Notes: a model not told the origin generated them from the sequence alone. DNA of 64,000 bases from Octopus vulgaris (GCA_951406725.2 OX597818.1:113460001-113524000), one strand, 5' to 3'; positions 38,279-52,697 are shown, numbered from the stretch's first letter. Program-made: numbers and translations.

Positions 38279-40716
38279 GTATTTTACTAGCTAGCTTTCA
38301 GTCAATCGATCTTTATGTACCATTAATTTGAATGATGTAGCATGTTTAATTTAGATCAATAGCTAACTGCAATTAGTAGTGTTTCAAAGAATTGCCAGCG
38401 CTTTCTCAGTCTGTGTCAGCTGGCAAATATGATAAAAGATTCATTTAATTTGCTTATTGGACACATTTAAGGTTGCTCTTTGATTAATGGGAATCTGAAG
38501 CGTTTCATTAACTAATAGATAATGATGCTTACAGACCTCGGACAAAGCTATTTCCTATTGCTTTTGCTCGCCAAATGTTAATAACATTCAGAAGTCTTTA
38601 AATTATTTACGGCACACATAATGATGACAAGAACCAAAATCTGATTATATTATTAAATATCTATAACGAACAACAAAGACTAATTATATTTCTATGAATG
38701 AATTCACTAACATTTTTCATTAAAAGGATGCAGGGTAGTGTCTTGTTAAGATGCTAATCACGACTGGCTTATAGTCTTCTCTCACCATAATTTTTTCTAT
38801 AGTAAAATACATTTTAGGTTGGTGCTAATTTAACATTCGAAAATTTAACATTTTGCCGCACGCTTTCTTCACAAGACGTAAGTGCTTTACTTCAGTGGCT
38901 CGACATCGAGTAGCACATATCATTACTGAAGGATTTGGCGAATATTGATTTTATTATTTGGCAATCAAGGGCGATGGCTGGAATTGTTGAATGGAATGGA
39001 TGAGGTTATTCATTTACGCCCTTTTATATCCTGTTTTCAAATCTTCCCGAAATTATCTTTGCCTTTCATCCTTCTCCTGATGAGAAAATGAATAATAGCT
39101 AAGTACTGCGGCTTTATTTAATCGACCATAACATTTCCAACCCGTTTTTTTTTTCTTTTTCGTGACTCGTCCTGTTATTAGAAATTCTTGTATTGAATAT
39201 AAGGATTTACTTGATTAAATGCGAGGAGGTCTTTTGCAGGATGGAATATATTTGCGTAAGTGGGCTCCACTTACGTTTGCCGAATTGATTTTATCGACCT
39301 CGATTGTATGAAAGAAAATATATCGTCCAGAAGATGACATTAAACTTAGAATGCATGGAAGAGGAGACTGTGATATATCGAGTTCCCTTCCTTGCCTCTG
39401 GTATTGATCTAAATCGGTAATTGAATCAATATTAGAAAACGCTACTGGACAAAACCAAATGAATTAAGAAAAGTAAATTTTAAGAATTTCCATATAGAAA
39501 TTCATGAAAATTCCTGAAGTGTTACTCCCTAACCGACTTTTGAGGAACTGAAGGTGAGCACCATTGAACATTTGAGAAGACCAGTTCCACCACAACACGG
39601 GTTTATTTTTTTCGATTCTTTCTTGAGAGTTGTTGTTTAACATCATTCGTCCTCGATCCAGCAGACTTAAGATCAAAGACGTTTCAGACGTGACTATCCT
39701 GTGTTTCTTTTTTTAATTCATATCAATATCAAAGCCTGAAGGTTTCTTTTCGTTTCTAAGACGGCATGGTGTGATTTTAGGAACATTTCTTTGCTTTTCT
39801 AGTAAATTGAACGATCGCAGAGAATTAGGCCATGTTTTTACAGCGTTATAGCACAAATTGGTTTTCCATGTTACATTTCAATTATGGTAGCTTACTAATT
39901 GATTCCGTTCATTTCTTGTTATATTGTTATCATACACACACACGTGCGTATACATGCATACATACATTATATATATATATATATATATATACACATACAT
40001 AGACATATATATATATATATATACACGTGTGTGTGTGTGTGTGCGTGTATATATAGATATGTATATATTGCGACTCTCCATGTATATGTATGTGTGTGTG
40101 CGAGCCTGTCTCTCTGTATATATCGGTATACTGATATATACAGAGAGACAGGCAGACGGACATACTGACAGACTGACTGAATCGCAATGTTTTTATGGAT
40201 ATCAACGCACGCTTAACATTATGGATTGATGTAATGGTAACACGTTTTGTTACACCATAAGAGAAATCAGATAAAGATTGCTATTTTGGTTAAATTACTG
40301 TCCACAAACGCTATCATAATTGAATACTTCTACAAAACATAGTATGCAACAAGGAATAACACTGCTTCTTTCGGTATCAATGTTAGTTGATTTATGAGCA
40401 CATTAATAACAAATCGCACGTTGCCTGCCTTAAATGGGAGCTTTATACGCTTAATTCATATACTATAAATAGCGGTTATGTATCCTTTGAATCATACCCA
40501 GATATATTTTAAAAGGGCGCATTTGATGATGTAATTGTATATACCCCTACAAAGATGCGATGATAACATTCTGGAATGCTTTTGATCGCGGTTTGCTCGA
40601 TAAGGCTTTGCCTAGATGGAAGCAACTACAAAAACATGCCTCCTGGGTGAGAGTTATAATGTATAATGAAAAGGTTTGTGGTAATGAGCAGATGTTCTAG
40701 TAGGAATGCTTAAGAA

Positions 40717-41940
40717 CGAGGATCAGCAGAAAAGTTCATAGGCAGGCGAAATATTCTGAAGGAATGTGATCAGATGAGGTTTATTTTTTCATCATAGTCT
40801 CCCATGCGGCCAACACATGTGTTGCAATGCTTGCATCCCATCGGTGAGGAAACTTTCATATTGTTACTCAAAACAGTCGCCAACAGCAGATACGATGTTA
40901 TCACCCCTGCGATACAGGTTCCTAGCTGGGGCTTTTTTCATGTTAGGGGGCCAAATCAGGAGAAAAAGGAGGGTGATCAACCAGTTAAAAGCCACATTCG
41001 CACAGCTGCCATTGAAACCAAGGACTTATGTGCTGGAGTATTGTCCTGATGAAACAAGACTCCTTTCGTCAGATTTCCCTGACATTTGGTCTTTCGTAAC
41101 TGCTTCAACAAGTTGGCACAATATTCTACATTGATAGAGTGGCCCTTCTCATGATAATCATGATAATCCCGCAGATGAAACACACTTCGTCTCCTTTAGA
41201 GCAGGTGAAGAGGGGTGTTTCCATTGCATGTAGAGTCTCTTTGTCTTTGGCTCAAAGTGATGAACCCAACGCTCATCTTCGGTTAGGAAACGTTCAAGGA
41301 AACCAGCTAGATCTGCCTGAAACAGTTTTAGATTTCCCCCTTGTGTGATCAGCCTGGTGTGCTTTTCATCAGGTTTCAGAAGACGTGGCACCCACCGAGC
41401 AGAACCCTTCGTCATGCCAAGATCATTGTTCAGAATATTCTCAACACTTCCACGGAATATGTTAATAGCTTTGGCAATATGGTCTACAGTCAGTCGTCTA
41501 TCATCCATCGCCAATTGGTGAGCACAACCATGTTTTCCTCGGGGGTGGCAGTTGCATGACGTCCAGACCTTCAGTCATCTTTAAGGCTCTCTCTTCCCTT
41601 CCTACATTCAGCTGCTCACTTTTGCGCCATTTATAAAGCTGGGGCGTCATCCCCTAATATAGCAACCATGTGAGCACGAATGTCTTAGGAGGCTATGCCC
41701 TTTTCCTGCAGGTACTTGATAATACCATGATGTCAAGTTTTGTTCATTTTCAAGAGAATTTGCTACTAGTTACATTTAAAGTCTTCTTTGAATCGTCGGA
41801 TGTCAGTTCACCTGGAAGAAAACAGTGCAGGTATTAATAAGAAGAGTCGAAATGAATGCATGTAACATTTCACAGCTCTAACATCCTTCAAAGTCTAACA
41901 TTCTTCATGGTCAGTCTATGAACTTTTTAACCAACCCTCG
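40717..41940 (-). mobile_element. Decayed mariner transposon
   Basis: Imperfect TIRs cgaggatcagcagaaaagttcatagg / ctatgaactttttaaccaaccctcg-TA. Transposase motifs SGRHAT, DRRLTV, SARWVPRLL, TEDERWVHHF and FHQDNTPAHKS, with stops and frameshifts; start near 41747. Confidence 0.92.
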
Positions 41941-42879
41941 TAGAACTAGATATGGAATACTGAATAACTGAACACTCTGTTGAATACAAGAATCTTTCAG
42001 TAAGCGAATCAAGCAAATAGAGTTAATAGCTGATTGTATAATATTCATCGTTCTTTTCATGGCTAATTCTTTAAAATGTAGACATTGCTCAGAATAATTT
42101 TTCGATTAGAAGCAAAACAACACGTTTGAACAATAAACTTGCCTCCAGTTTTCCTGCATAAACTGACAGCGGTCTAACGTAATATTTTTTTCTTTTCCCA
42201 AGACAGCTACAAGTTTAATTCGGTACTGAGGGCACGACCTGCGATATAACATTTGGTTGATCAACATTTATGGTAAATAAAGTTCAATATTTGTAGTAAA
42301 TAAAGCTCTTTTCAATGTTTTGTATTTCTCCATTAAGTTTCCTGTTTAATAAATATAAATCACTAAATCAATTTTTTCGTCTGCAGGACTAAACATATTT
42401 TATTTTATTTCGCTGAAGTAAACCAGATTCTCATAAAATAGTAAATATTATTCTACAAGGACTTTTAGAACTGTCGATCAGAAAGAAGTAATCTACTCAC
42501 AAACACAGCGTATACATATATTTTGATTTGAAATCAAAATAAAATTTTCGGTCAGAGTTTCTTTGCCTGCAACACCCCAAATGATTCAGGAAATATTAGA
42601 GCATCGTAATTCCTGTTTCCAATATCTCCACTGGGTCAGTTTAAGCTAATAAATGCGTAATAGTTATCTATACTGACGGCTATTCTTAGGAATTGTAATA
42701 CACAGTTACTAACATTATGTTTAGTCATTCTTGAATGTATAAATTCTTTTCTTATGCAAGAGGATATGTGTTTGCACATTTATATATCTTTGTATATAAA
42801 TATATATACATATATACAAAACACTCAAAGACTAAGATTTGAAATAAGATGTCACTACTCTTAATATCATCTGTGGATA

Positions 42880-43390
<511 letters not shown>

Positions 43391-43939
43391 TTTTTACCTT
43401 GCTGCCTTATATAGTATATATTTTATATTTTGATTTATATATTATGAAAGCCATGGTAATCTTTATTTATATATGATGTATGCTGGCGGTTTGATACCGT
43501 ATATAAAGTCGTTAACTCATGTTAATGTGTGTTCTATGACCAATATTTAATTATCATTGCCTCATTTATCTGAGCACTTCTTTTTGCTGTCCTATTAACT
43601 CTTTGTCTCTTTTGAAAGAAACAATTGTTATTCTTGATGTATTATATATATATATATATATGAACATTATCGACCGCACATACTTAACATAAATGCTTAG
43701 TGTGTTTGCTGGTAGGTGCGATTTGACGTGCTGGAGATTACTCCCTGAAAGTGCCGGGTATTAAAACAGTTAAAAGAGTCATGAATGGGCGAGACAACTC
43801 ACTGCAAATACCATTTCGGGAGTGGACATCGATGTTTCGCCATTTTTGTGGTTTATAAACATCATGTATCCGAACTGTCTTTGAGGTGAATCATACCGCC
43901 AGTCCACTACTGATATGCATCTAGTGTAAAAGCTGTGCT

Positions 43940-43940
43940 G

Positions 43941-44026
<86 letters not shown>

Positions 44027-44063
44027 TGTTGTTGTTGTTGTAGTAGTAGTGGTGGTGGTGGTG

Positions 44064-44113
<50 letters not shown>

Positions 44114-44176
44114 GGTGGTAGTGGTAGTGGTGCTGGTGGTGCTGGTGGTGCTGGTGCTGGTGCTGGTGCTTGTGGC

Positions 44177-44230
<54 letters not shown>
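43940..44230. repeat. Compound (GTA)n/(GTT)n/(GTG)n repeat
   Basis: Seen directly; another (GTA)n at 31225-31276. Confidence 0.95.
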
Positions 44231-46150
44231 TGCCGTTTTTGTGTTATCACAATTGTAAAAGCAGGGGTACTAATGTTTCTCATTTTTTTTCTATTCATTA
44301 AAATTTCGTGCGGTCTCCTCTGATAGCATCTAAACGTCCCCCAAGTCGGTGATTCATTCAGGTGAATATCGAGGAGTAATAATAATATATCCGGACAGGC
44401 AAAGAAACAGGCTGGCAGACGATCAATGATATCGTAACGATGATCATATTTGTTGCTATCGATTCACTTGGTGGAAAATCAAGAATTAACAACAAACAAA
44501 TTTATCTTATAAACAGAATAGAATTTACTTTATAAAAGCGATATTAGTAAGTTGTAGTGAGAAGCGTTAGGCTGACACATTGTCTTGGTCTTCATCAAAA
44601 TTACATTTCGTTGTTTCGCTTTGTTTGTCTCAATGGTTCAGGATAATTTAGTGTTCGGAAATTCACTTGCTATGTATATTGTAATGTAAGAAGTGTCGGT
44701 TGTGCTTGCTGGAAACGATCTGATTTTATGATGTTTTGTCCGTATGTATGTCCATTATATCGACTTCATCTATACACAAAGACATTTCGGCCATATATTC
44801 ATACGAGACATAAGTTATATTTAAAATATGTTTAAAAAACAAATTGATGTCTGCTCCGAACACTGGGGACTTTGTAGTGTCACGTTTTACATTTTCTTAT
44901 TAAGCTACGTTTTGATTGAATGTATGCTATAGGAATGATACGAGAGCAAACAACGAACCTATTTTCTTCGACATTTTGTCGATAGTAGCTTCTCGAAATT
45001 ATTTTCAGAAGTTAGGGTTGGCGAAATTTCCGAATAAGTATTCATTTGATAAAATATATTTACCTAGTACAATAGGTATACTTCGAGTCGCTGCACCAAC
45101 ATGGATGCATCTTAGCTGAAGATAAGTGAAAAAGAGAACACCTATGCTGAACTAATTAGAAATCTGTAGTCACTCTATCCAGATTAGAAGTTCAGGTTCA
45201 TACCTGTAATTATTGGGGCACTGGGATATGTAACACACCGCCTAAATAGCAATCATGAGAAATTAGACTTCTCAAAACCAGAAAGGTGAAGGCTGATTCG
45301 AAGACAACAGACCAAAGCTATCACTGGAACTGTAAAAATCTGTAAAACTTTCCAGAAGTTTATCATTTAAATATACATGAGAATGTCTAGATATGTAACT
45401 ATATGCATGAGAACACATACATAAGACATACAAATATGCACATATATGCAAACATACATAAACACACGCACACATATACATACATACGTGTATGTGTGTG
45501 TGTGTGTGTGTAAATGGAAAAAGTTCCTGCGTCTTACAGAGAAGAAGGAGTAGTTCTAAAATGGCAAATTCATCTGGAAGAAATCATGTTCTACAATGTT
45601 TGGAACAACTCACGAGAGTAAATATTGGCAGTGACAACACTATAATATTGACAAGTTCCTTTCATTGCTTGGTCAGAGAGAGCATCCAAGTTAATTTGTC
45701 CAAAAACACCACAATGTCAAAGGTCTAAATGTTTTGTCAGATCTAGTCTTTAAAATCTCTAATTAATATTTCACATTTAAATTGTCTCTCACAAAAATAA
45801 TGTTTCAGACTGCAATCTTCATTTGTTCTGTTTACGCTTGTAAGAAGCAAAGTACAGACGAGTCAAGCATTAGAAGAAAACAACTATTGAAGAAATACTA
45901 GTAAAACTTATATAAACCATCGTTGCTTTAATTGTTTATTCCTAGACCCAATGTTATGAGCGGGTATCTGATGATCAAAGCCGTTCTACACATGACTATC
46001 AAGGCTTGTTTTCTTGCATAGACTATCTAGATCTACATTAACTGTTGCGTCCATTATTTTTAACAAGAGACTCAGATTTGAAGAAGTATTGCCTGCTTTT
46101 TCTTTCTGATTGGTTGACCACGTACAAGCTTCTGTGGTGGGTCTCATATA

Positions 46151-47399
46151 CGAGGGGCATTCAATAAGTAATGCCCCTGACCCACTTGCAGTTGTTTGAT
46201 CTAGCTGAAATTTTGAGTGTGCAATTATTTGTCTCTCTATAGAGTAGGTAGCAAATTACAGCTCTGAACTAATTGGGGTTTCTGATTTACAGGTATTTGA
46301 ACTGAGTCAAGTGTGAAATGGAGCCTGTTGAGTGTCGAGTAGTGATCTGGTTTTTGTATTTGAAAGGACGCACACCACGGGAGACTTTTGATGAAATGAA
46401 AGTAACTTATGGTAATTATACCCCATCATATGACCTTGTAAAACGCCGGCATCGTGAATTCAAACATGGTCGGAACTCGGTGGAAACAGCTCCCAGATCT
46501 GGTCGCCCCACTTCTGCAATTGATGAGGCATCTGTCCGTCAAGTTGAGGCTGCCATTTTGGGAGATCGACGAATAACTTTTCGCCAAATAGCCCACGAGG
46601 TCAAGATTAGTACCGGTTCTGTGGAAACTATCATTCATGACCATTTGCATATGCAAAAGGTGTCTGCCAGATGGATTCCCAGGTTGCTCACACCTTTCCA
46701 GAAGCAAGAACGCGTCGAGTGCTCGAGGATGAATTTGGAGATGTGCCAAGAAGATGAGTCAAAATTTTTCAAAAGACTGATTACACAGGATAAAACCTGG
46801 GTCCATCACTATGATCTAGAGACCAAAGAAGGCAAGGGTGCAGCCCTCCACTGGCAAGGTCATGCTCACAGTCTTCTGGGACCAGGACGGAGTATTGATA
46901 ACAGATTTCCTGGCAAAGGGTACCACAATTACAGGAGCCTATTATGCTTCACTTTTGAGGAAATTAAGAGAAGCTATCAAAATCAAGAGGTGGGGCAAGA
47001 TCAGCAAAGACATCCTCCACCTGCAGGACAACGCTCCGGTCCACAACTCGCTTGTCGCCAGATCAGAAGCACAGGCGTGCGGCTATGAAATCCTCCCCAT
47101 CACCCCTACTCTCCTGACCTTGCACCCTCTGATTTTCACCTCTTCCCAGCCATGAAGTTGTTTTTGAAAGGAAAGCGTTTCCCAGATGATGCAGCTTTGA
47201 TTTCTGAAGTCACGTCGTGGTTGGAGGACCAAGCTGGGTCTTCTAAAAAAAAACGGTCTCCAGAGCTGCATCAAACGATGGGAGAAATGCGTAACTCTGG
47301 GTGGTTCCTATGTAGAGAAAGACTAATAACTGTGCAAAGTTTCGTTGCTCTACTGTTATGGGAAGTGTGTCACGGGCATTACTTATTGAACGCCCCTCG
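46151..47399 (+). mobile_element. Near-full-length mariner transposon
   Basis: TA-flanked ~31-bp TIRs cgaggggcattcaataagtaatgccc / gggcattacttattgaacgcccctcg. Confidence 0.96.
46318..47327 (+). pseudogene. Mariner (D,D34D-type) transposase, frameshifted
   Basis: PRSGRP, SARWIPRLLT, ITQDKTWVHHYD; frame switch near 46826; GKVMLTVFWD, LQDNAPVH; YSPDLAPSDF in another frame; MKLFLKGKRF. Confidence 0.93.
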
Positions 47400-48549
47400 T
47401 AAACTGTTTCCGCCGGAAATGTAATGCGCATGACATTGATCTTGCTGTGTCACAAACACGGAATTTTTAACTGCATTCGATTCGATTAAATCAATGAAAG
47501 AGACGGCTTGAAGTCCCTTGAGTTTATAGAAATAGCAGCTGGTATTCTCAAATCACAATCTATCGCCTTAAAAAAAGGAAGGAAGCATTAAATAATTTAA
47601 TCCTTAATATAGTAAGTTTAAGAAATCCAATTCTTTACACTTTTGGTCATATGTATATGTATACACACAGACACACACATATATTAACATTTGCGCGCGC
47701 GTGTGTGTGTGTGTATAAGGGTGTGGGATCCTGGCTGATCTGTAACAATAATATCAATATATCAATACTACGAGGAGGGTGCCTCAACTTGGTCATCCAA
47801 CCAGCGAGAAATAGGAACAAAATACCCCTCAAACCATGTCTTACTCTCTTTGGAAAGCACTGAATAATGTACATTAAACTTCATAATATCTGAAACATAG
47901 TCGAGACAGTCATTGTTCGAATGCCATTCAATGTGTGTAAGTACGAAGAGGAATGGTTCACCCGATTCTAAACAACAACAACAATAACAGAATACAAGAA
48001 CCCAGTTCGCCATTAACAGCAAAACTGATATTCCGACCAAGATTGCTTAGTCATTTGTTTGTTACGGAGCAATGCAAAAACTTCACAAAATATTTTATAC
48101 GTTCATTGTTATTCGTGTCAACTATTAATTTGCAACGGGGTTATATAAAAGTAGTTCTTTTCTTCATAACTAATTTCCCCAGACAAACGCTAATTGAACA
48201 AACAAAGTAAATTTCTAACAAGAAACAAGGTTTAAACCTGCTTAATTTTGTTTCTCTTCTTCGTTACCATCGTCGTCATATTATTCTGTTCTTTGTCATT
48301 ACCATTCTTATTGATATTCAGCAACTTATATTGACTCACCATTTTAAGAAGAGCTGACATTCTTCTTAATTCAAGCTATGACTAACAATACCACTGGGAC
48401 AACAATCAAGAGATGTTGCATATGAATCGATGCCTCTACGTAATTATGTAACCGTATATGGTAGGTGCTCGTGTAATGGGTATTGAATTCTCTAACTCTC
48501 TTTCTAAATATGTGTGTTTGTGTGTGTGTATTGAGAGAGAGATAGATCT

Positions 48550-48894
48550 ATTTTTTGTTTTGGTGTGGGGGTCATGGACTGCAGCCATACTGGAGCAACG
48601 CTTTCAAGGGATTTTATCGAACAAAGAGACCTTAGTACGTTTAGTTTTGTTTTTTGTTTTTTTTAAGCGTGATGATTATCGTATCGAAATCTTATGCCGA
48701 ACCGCTAAGTTACGTGAAGGTATACAACCCAAAGCCAGCTGTCAAGCGGGAATGGACAGACAGAAACATAGACACACAACCACACACACACATACATGTA
48801 TATATAGTGTGTGTATATACGTATATGCGTGTGTGTATACATACATATACATGCACATAAATACATATACATGCATACACACAGATATATGTGT

Positions 48895-48940
<46 letters not shown>
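48550..48940 (-). mobile_element. Old SINE family B tail plus TA/TG microsatellite
   Basis: 'gactgcagccatactggagca...gccgaaccgctaagttacg...tgtcaagcgg'. Confidence 0.7.
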
Positions 48941-48941
<1 letters not shown>

Positions 48942-48995
48942 CGTTTATGAATTCCTGTTGCAAGATTCCTGATGTGAAGTCCTGTGTTGAAACAG

Positions 48996-49408
48996 ATATT
49001 ATTGTATTTCAAGACGCTATTTTTTTTTGCCAAATAAACACACGCACTATATATTCGTTCTTCGCTCGTTTATTATTGTTCTTCTTCTAACGCATGTTCA
49101 TTGTCCGGAAATCTTTCGTCACACATTTGTTACCACCTCAGCGAGATTTTCCGTCATCGTGTGTGCTCTTGCCCTGCTTATTCCATTCTGAGAATGGAAT
49201 AGGCAGAGCAAGAATAGAATAAGCTGAGCAAGAGCACACATGAAGACAGAAAGGGTCGCTGAGGAGGTCATAGATGCGAGACGAAGGATTTACGGACAAT
49301 GGACATGAGTTAGAATAAGAACAATAATAAACGAGTGAAGAACAAATATATAGTGCGTGTATTTATTTGACAAAAACAAAAATAACCATCTTGAAATACA
49401 ACAATATA
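48996..49408. repeat. ~410-bp diverged fold-back element
   Basis: Arms 'atattattgtatttcaaga…gtgtgctcttgc' / 'gcaagagcacac…tcttgaaatacaacaatat'; each arm carries a degenerate HHR-like CTGAGGA/T…GAC-GAA motif. Confidence 0.85.
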
Positions 49409-49440
49409 TACCTATATAGAGAGATAAATATGTGTGTGTG

Positions 49441-49477
<37 letters not shown>

Positions 49478-49482
<5 letters not shown>

Positions 49483-49722
49483 GATATAAATAAGAGATAA
49501 AACCACTATTATGCAACTCAAACAGTGATAGATATGAACCAAAACTTAAATAACAAATAAAATATATTTTATAAAACATATAACTAGATCTCAAAAAGTA
49601 TAAAAATGAATAATCAATATATAATAAGTAAAAATAACTACGTACGTTTCATGGCTACAATTAAATTCGAATTACAATCAAATTTAATTGAAATAAATTC
49701 AATTTAAAATTATAGTCAATAT
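49478..49722 (-). mobile_element. PLE terminal-repeat fragment between TA arrays with 3' half of an HHR
   Basis: Minus strand ttgactata…tgtagccat-GAAAC-GTAC-GTA-gttat (49635-49722); palindromic stem III; the 5' core is absent. Confidence 0.55.
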
Positions 49723-49754
49723 ATATATTTACATACATACATACATATACTTAT

Positions 49755-49800
<46 letters not shown>

Positions 49801-49803
49801 ATA

Positions 49804-49836
<33 letters not shown>

Positions 49837-49874
49837 ACACACACACACACATATATATATATAAAATAAATAAA

Positions 49875-50058
49875 TGCGCCCTTTTAAAGCCTAGCCAAGC
49901 TCATGGGCCCGGTTTCCTGGTTTTCAATGGCGTATGTGTTCCCCAACTGGACGTGACGTCAGTCCATCGCAGTGTTACTCATTTTTGCCAGCTGAATGGA
50001 CTAGAGCAACGTGAAATGAAGTGTTTTGCTCAAGAACCCAACGCGTCACCCGGTCCAG

Positions 50059-50060
<2 letters not shown>
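49875..50060 (-). mobile_element. SINE with family A CORE-like body and family D-type tail
   Basis: The body matches 13795-13870; the tail matches 32650-32716. Confidence 0.75.
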
Positions 50061-50125
<65 letters not shown>

Positions 50126-50134
50126 AATGGATGA

Positions 50135-50990
50135 ATGAATTATCCTTTGTTGATAGTTAACACGGAAAATTCAATAAACAGTTACCAGGGTAGCAAAATT
50201 CACGCAAGTAGCAAGGATGTAGCGACCTATTCAAAGGTAGAAACTCCGGGTTAACGTGCAATAATTTGCATAGTATAAGTAAATAAATGGAGTTGGACGC
50301 AGATGTTATTCAAATTCTTTTACTTTCGACATATGTTTCGAAGACAACATGGGTTTTATTCCAAAGGAATAAACGGTGTAAAATAATGTGATCTTCTCAT
50401 CAGGAAAGAAAGGGAACGTATCTCAACAACAAGACATTATAACAATTTTGATGACTGCATAAATGATAAACAGAACGCTATCAAGTATTTTTTAAAAAAC
50501 CGTTAGTAGATCTGACGTCAAAGGCAGACCCTAGGAAGAGAAGGGGTAAAGAAATAATAAGTAGAGAACAAATAAAGAGGGATATATTGGTTGAAAAAAT
50601 GTTCAAAGGCTTGGAAGTAGATTTCTCTATTGAAGTAAAGTGCAAGGTGAACTAAATGTTCAAACTATACAGACTGGTATAAATCACTTATACGGGTATG
50701 TTTCTGGTATAAATCACTTATAAAGGTATGTTTCTGCTAGTGCTTACATTTGTAAGATCGATCTATAAGAGTGTTAATAAGGTGATTCTTAGAGAAAAGA
50801 ATATGGAAGAGTTCAGAGTTGCAAATGTTACAAAATCCTTTGCCCATATCATAAGAGAAAGAAATGGACAGGATGGACCGTCTAAATTAAAATCCTTATG
50901 GTTGTCTTTAAGATACCAAGCCAATTTCCTAAGCCCTGTGCTATTACGTTCACTGCTATCCCTAAATGAAGAATATTTAGGGATAGCAGT
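50135..50990 (-). mobile_element. Penelope-like element 3' end (GIY-YIG C-terminus + terminal repeat + HHR) abutting (TA)n
   Basis: SSFRDSSERNSTGLRKLAWYLKDNHKDFNL, then after a frameshift WSILSISLSYDMGKGFCNICNSE (cf. STELSK.IW.LK...W.I...C.LC..E). Confidence 0.78.
50323..50408 (-). ncRNA. Intact type I hammerhead ribozyme with extended stem II
   Basis: CTTTC-CTGATGA-GAAGA(~47 nt)TCTTC-GAAAC-ATAT-GTC-GAAAG; all core positions canonical; palindromic ACATATGT stem III. Confidence 0.88.
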
Positions 50991-51525
50991 AGACGCAAGG
51001 AACAAGGAAAACTAAAGACTCACGTGTTGCTTTGAATTTTTTGTATAGAAAAAGGTTTTAGTGTATACATTTTTCAGTTTTGGAGTGAAAACAGAATTTT
51101 TGCTAGTATAGGGGAAAAAATCGCATTGTGCTAACTTGGATCCTGTTTCGCCAATTTTAGCTGAAGAAAGTTTTTATGTAATTTTTCTTTGTTTTTTTCC
51201 ATGAATGTTTTTGTCGGTGAATATTTATCTGTATATGTACACAGGTGTATCCGTGGAGAGATGGGATATACGTAAATGCGTATACACGAATATACTCTGC
51301 AGCTTTTATTGGAACGGGGGTAGAACGCTGAAGATTTCATATTTAGTGCATTTAGTCAAGGACCATCAATCTTAAGGAATTTGTCCTCTTTAGGCTGTGT
51401 AATAAAATCGGATTTACAGACCTTAAACTGCATCAGAAGTAAAATAACTGAATCTCGAATAGTAACCAAATTGCAAATTTGACCAGCTAAAGTCATGTGT
51501 AACGCAAGCAAACACATACAGAGAT

Positions 51526-51526
<1 letters not shown>

Positions 51527-51586
<60 letters not shown>
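51527..51586. repeat. (GA)n microsatellite
   Basis: Seen directly. Confidence 0.95.
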
Positions 51587-51589
<3 letters not shown>

Positions 51590-52152
51590 GAAGAAAGACA
51601 CACACATTCAAGTATATGTGCAAATATTCCTGTGAGAGTGCTTCTATTGATGGTGATCTGGTATGAATCTCTGTTGGTGAGTGTATTTCTGTCTGCGCAT
51701 CTAAACGATAATGTCAAAATAATACAAAACAAATAATACATTAATGACTTAATGTCTAATTTATTTTCTGTTTAAACCTTGGTGGGTTTTTTTTTTCTTT
51801 CCGATATTATTCCTCAGTGAACAGGAGATTTTCTATAAAGCTTTCAAAATTAATATCAATTTACATTAATCATCAGTCTGAGCTTCTCCAGTAGACATAT
51901 CTGAAGGTCAGCCCTAATGTGGATTTAAAATTTTGTAAATGATGGAATCTGGTAACAAAATGTGTATCATATTGTGTTCTGTGAATTAATAATGTATTGT
52001 TAAGAAAACACTTTATGTCTTCATATAGTCTCCTGATCAATGTAAATCGTTCTAATGTTCGATTTCGCACCTCGATATCGTGCAGTAGTTTTAACGGGGC
52101 TTCTTCCTGTCCAAGAATATTTTGCTTTGGCGGAATTTACTCTAATATATGT

Positions 52153-52697
52153 ATTTCTTTATTGCACACAAGGGGCTAAACATAGAGGGGACAAACAAGG
52201 ACAAAAAAACGGATTAAGTCGATTACAGTGCGAAACTGGTACTTTATTTATCGACCCCGAAAGGATGAAAGGCAAAGTTGAACTCAGAACATAACGGCAG
52301 ACGAAATACCTATTTATTTATTACCCACAAGGGGCTAAACAAGGACAGACAAACGGATTAAGTCGATTATATCGACCCCAGTGCGTAACTGGTATTTATT
52401 TAATCAACCCTGAAAGGATGAAAGGCAAAGTAGACCTCGGCGGAATTTGAACTCAGAACGTGGCGGCAGACGAAATACCCACAAGGGGCTAAACACAGAG
52501 GAGACAAACAAGGACAGACATAGGTATTAAGTCGATTACATCGACCCCAGTGCGAAACTGGCACTTTATTTATCGACCCCGAAAGGATGAAAGGCAAAGT
52601 CGACCTCGGCGGAATTTGAACTCACAACGCAACGACAGACGAAACACGGCTACGCATTTCGCCCGGCGTGCTAACGATTCTGCCAGCTCGCCGCCCT
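52153..52697 (-). mobile_element. SINE family C trimer with ~18-bp TSD
   Basis: ATTTA(C/G)TCTAATATATGT at 52135-52152 and 52698-52715; one head and three units. Confidence 0.9.
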
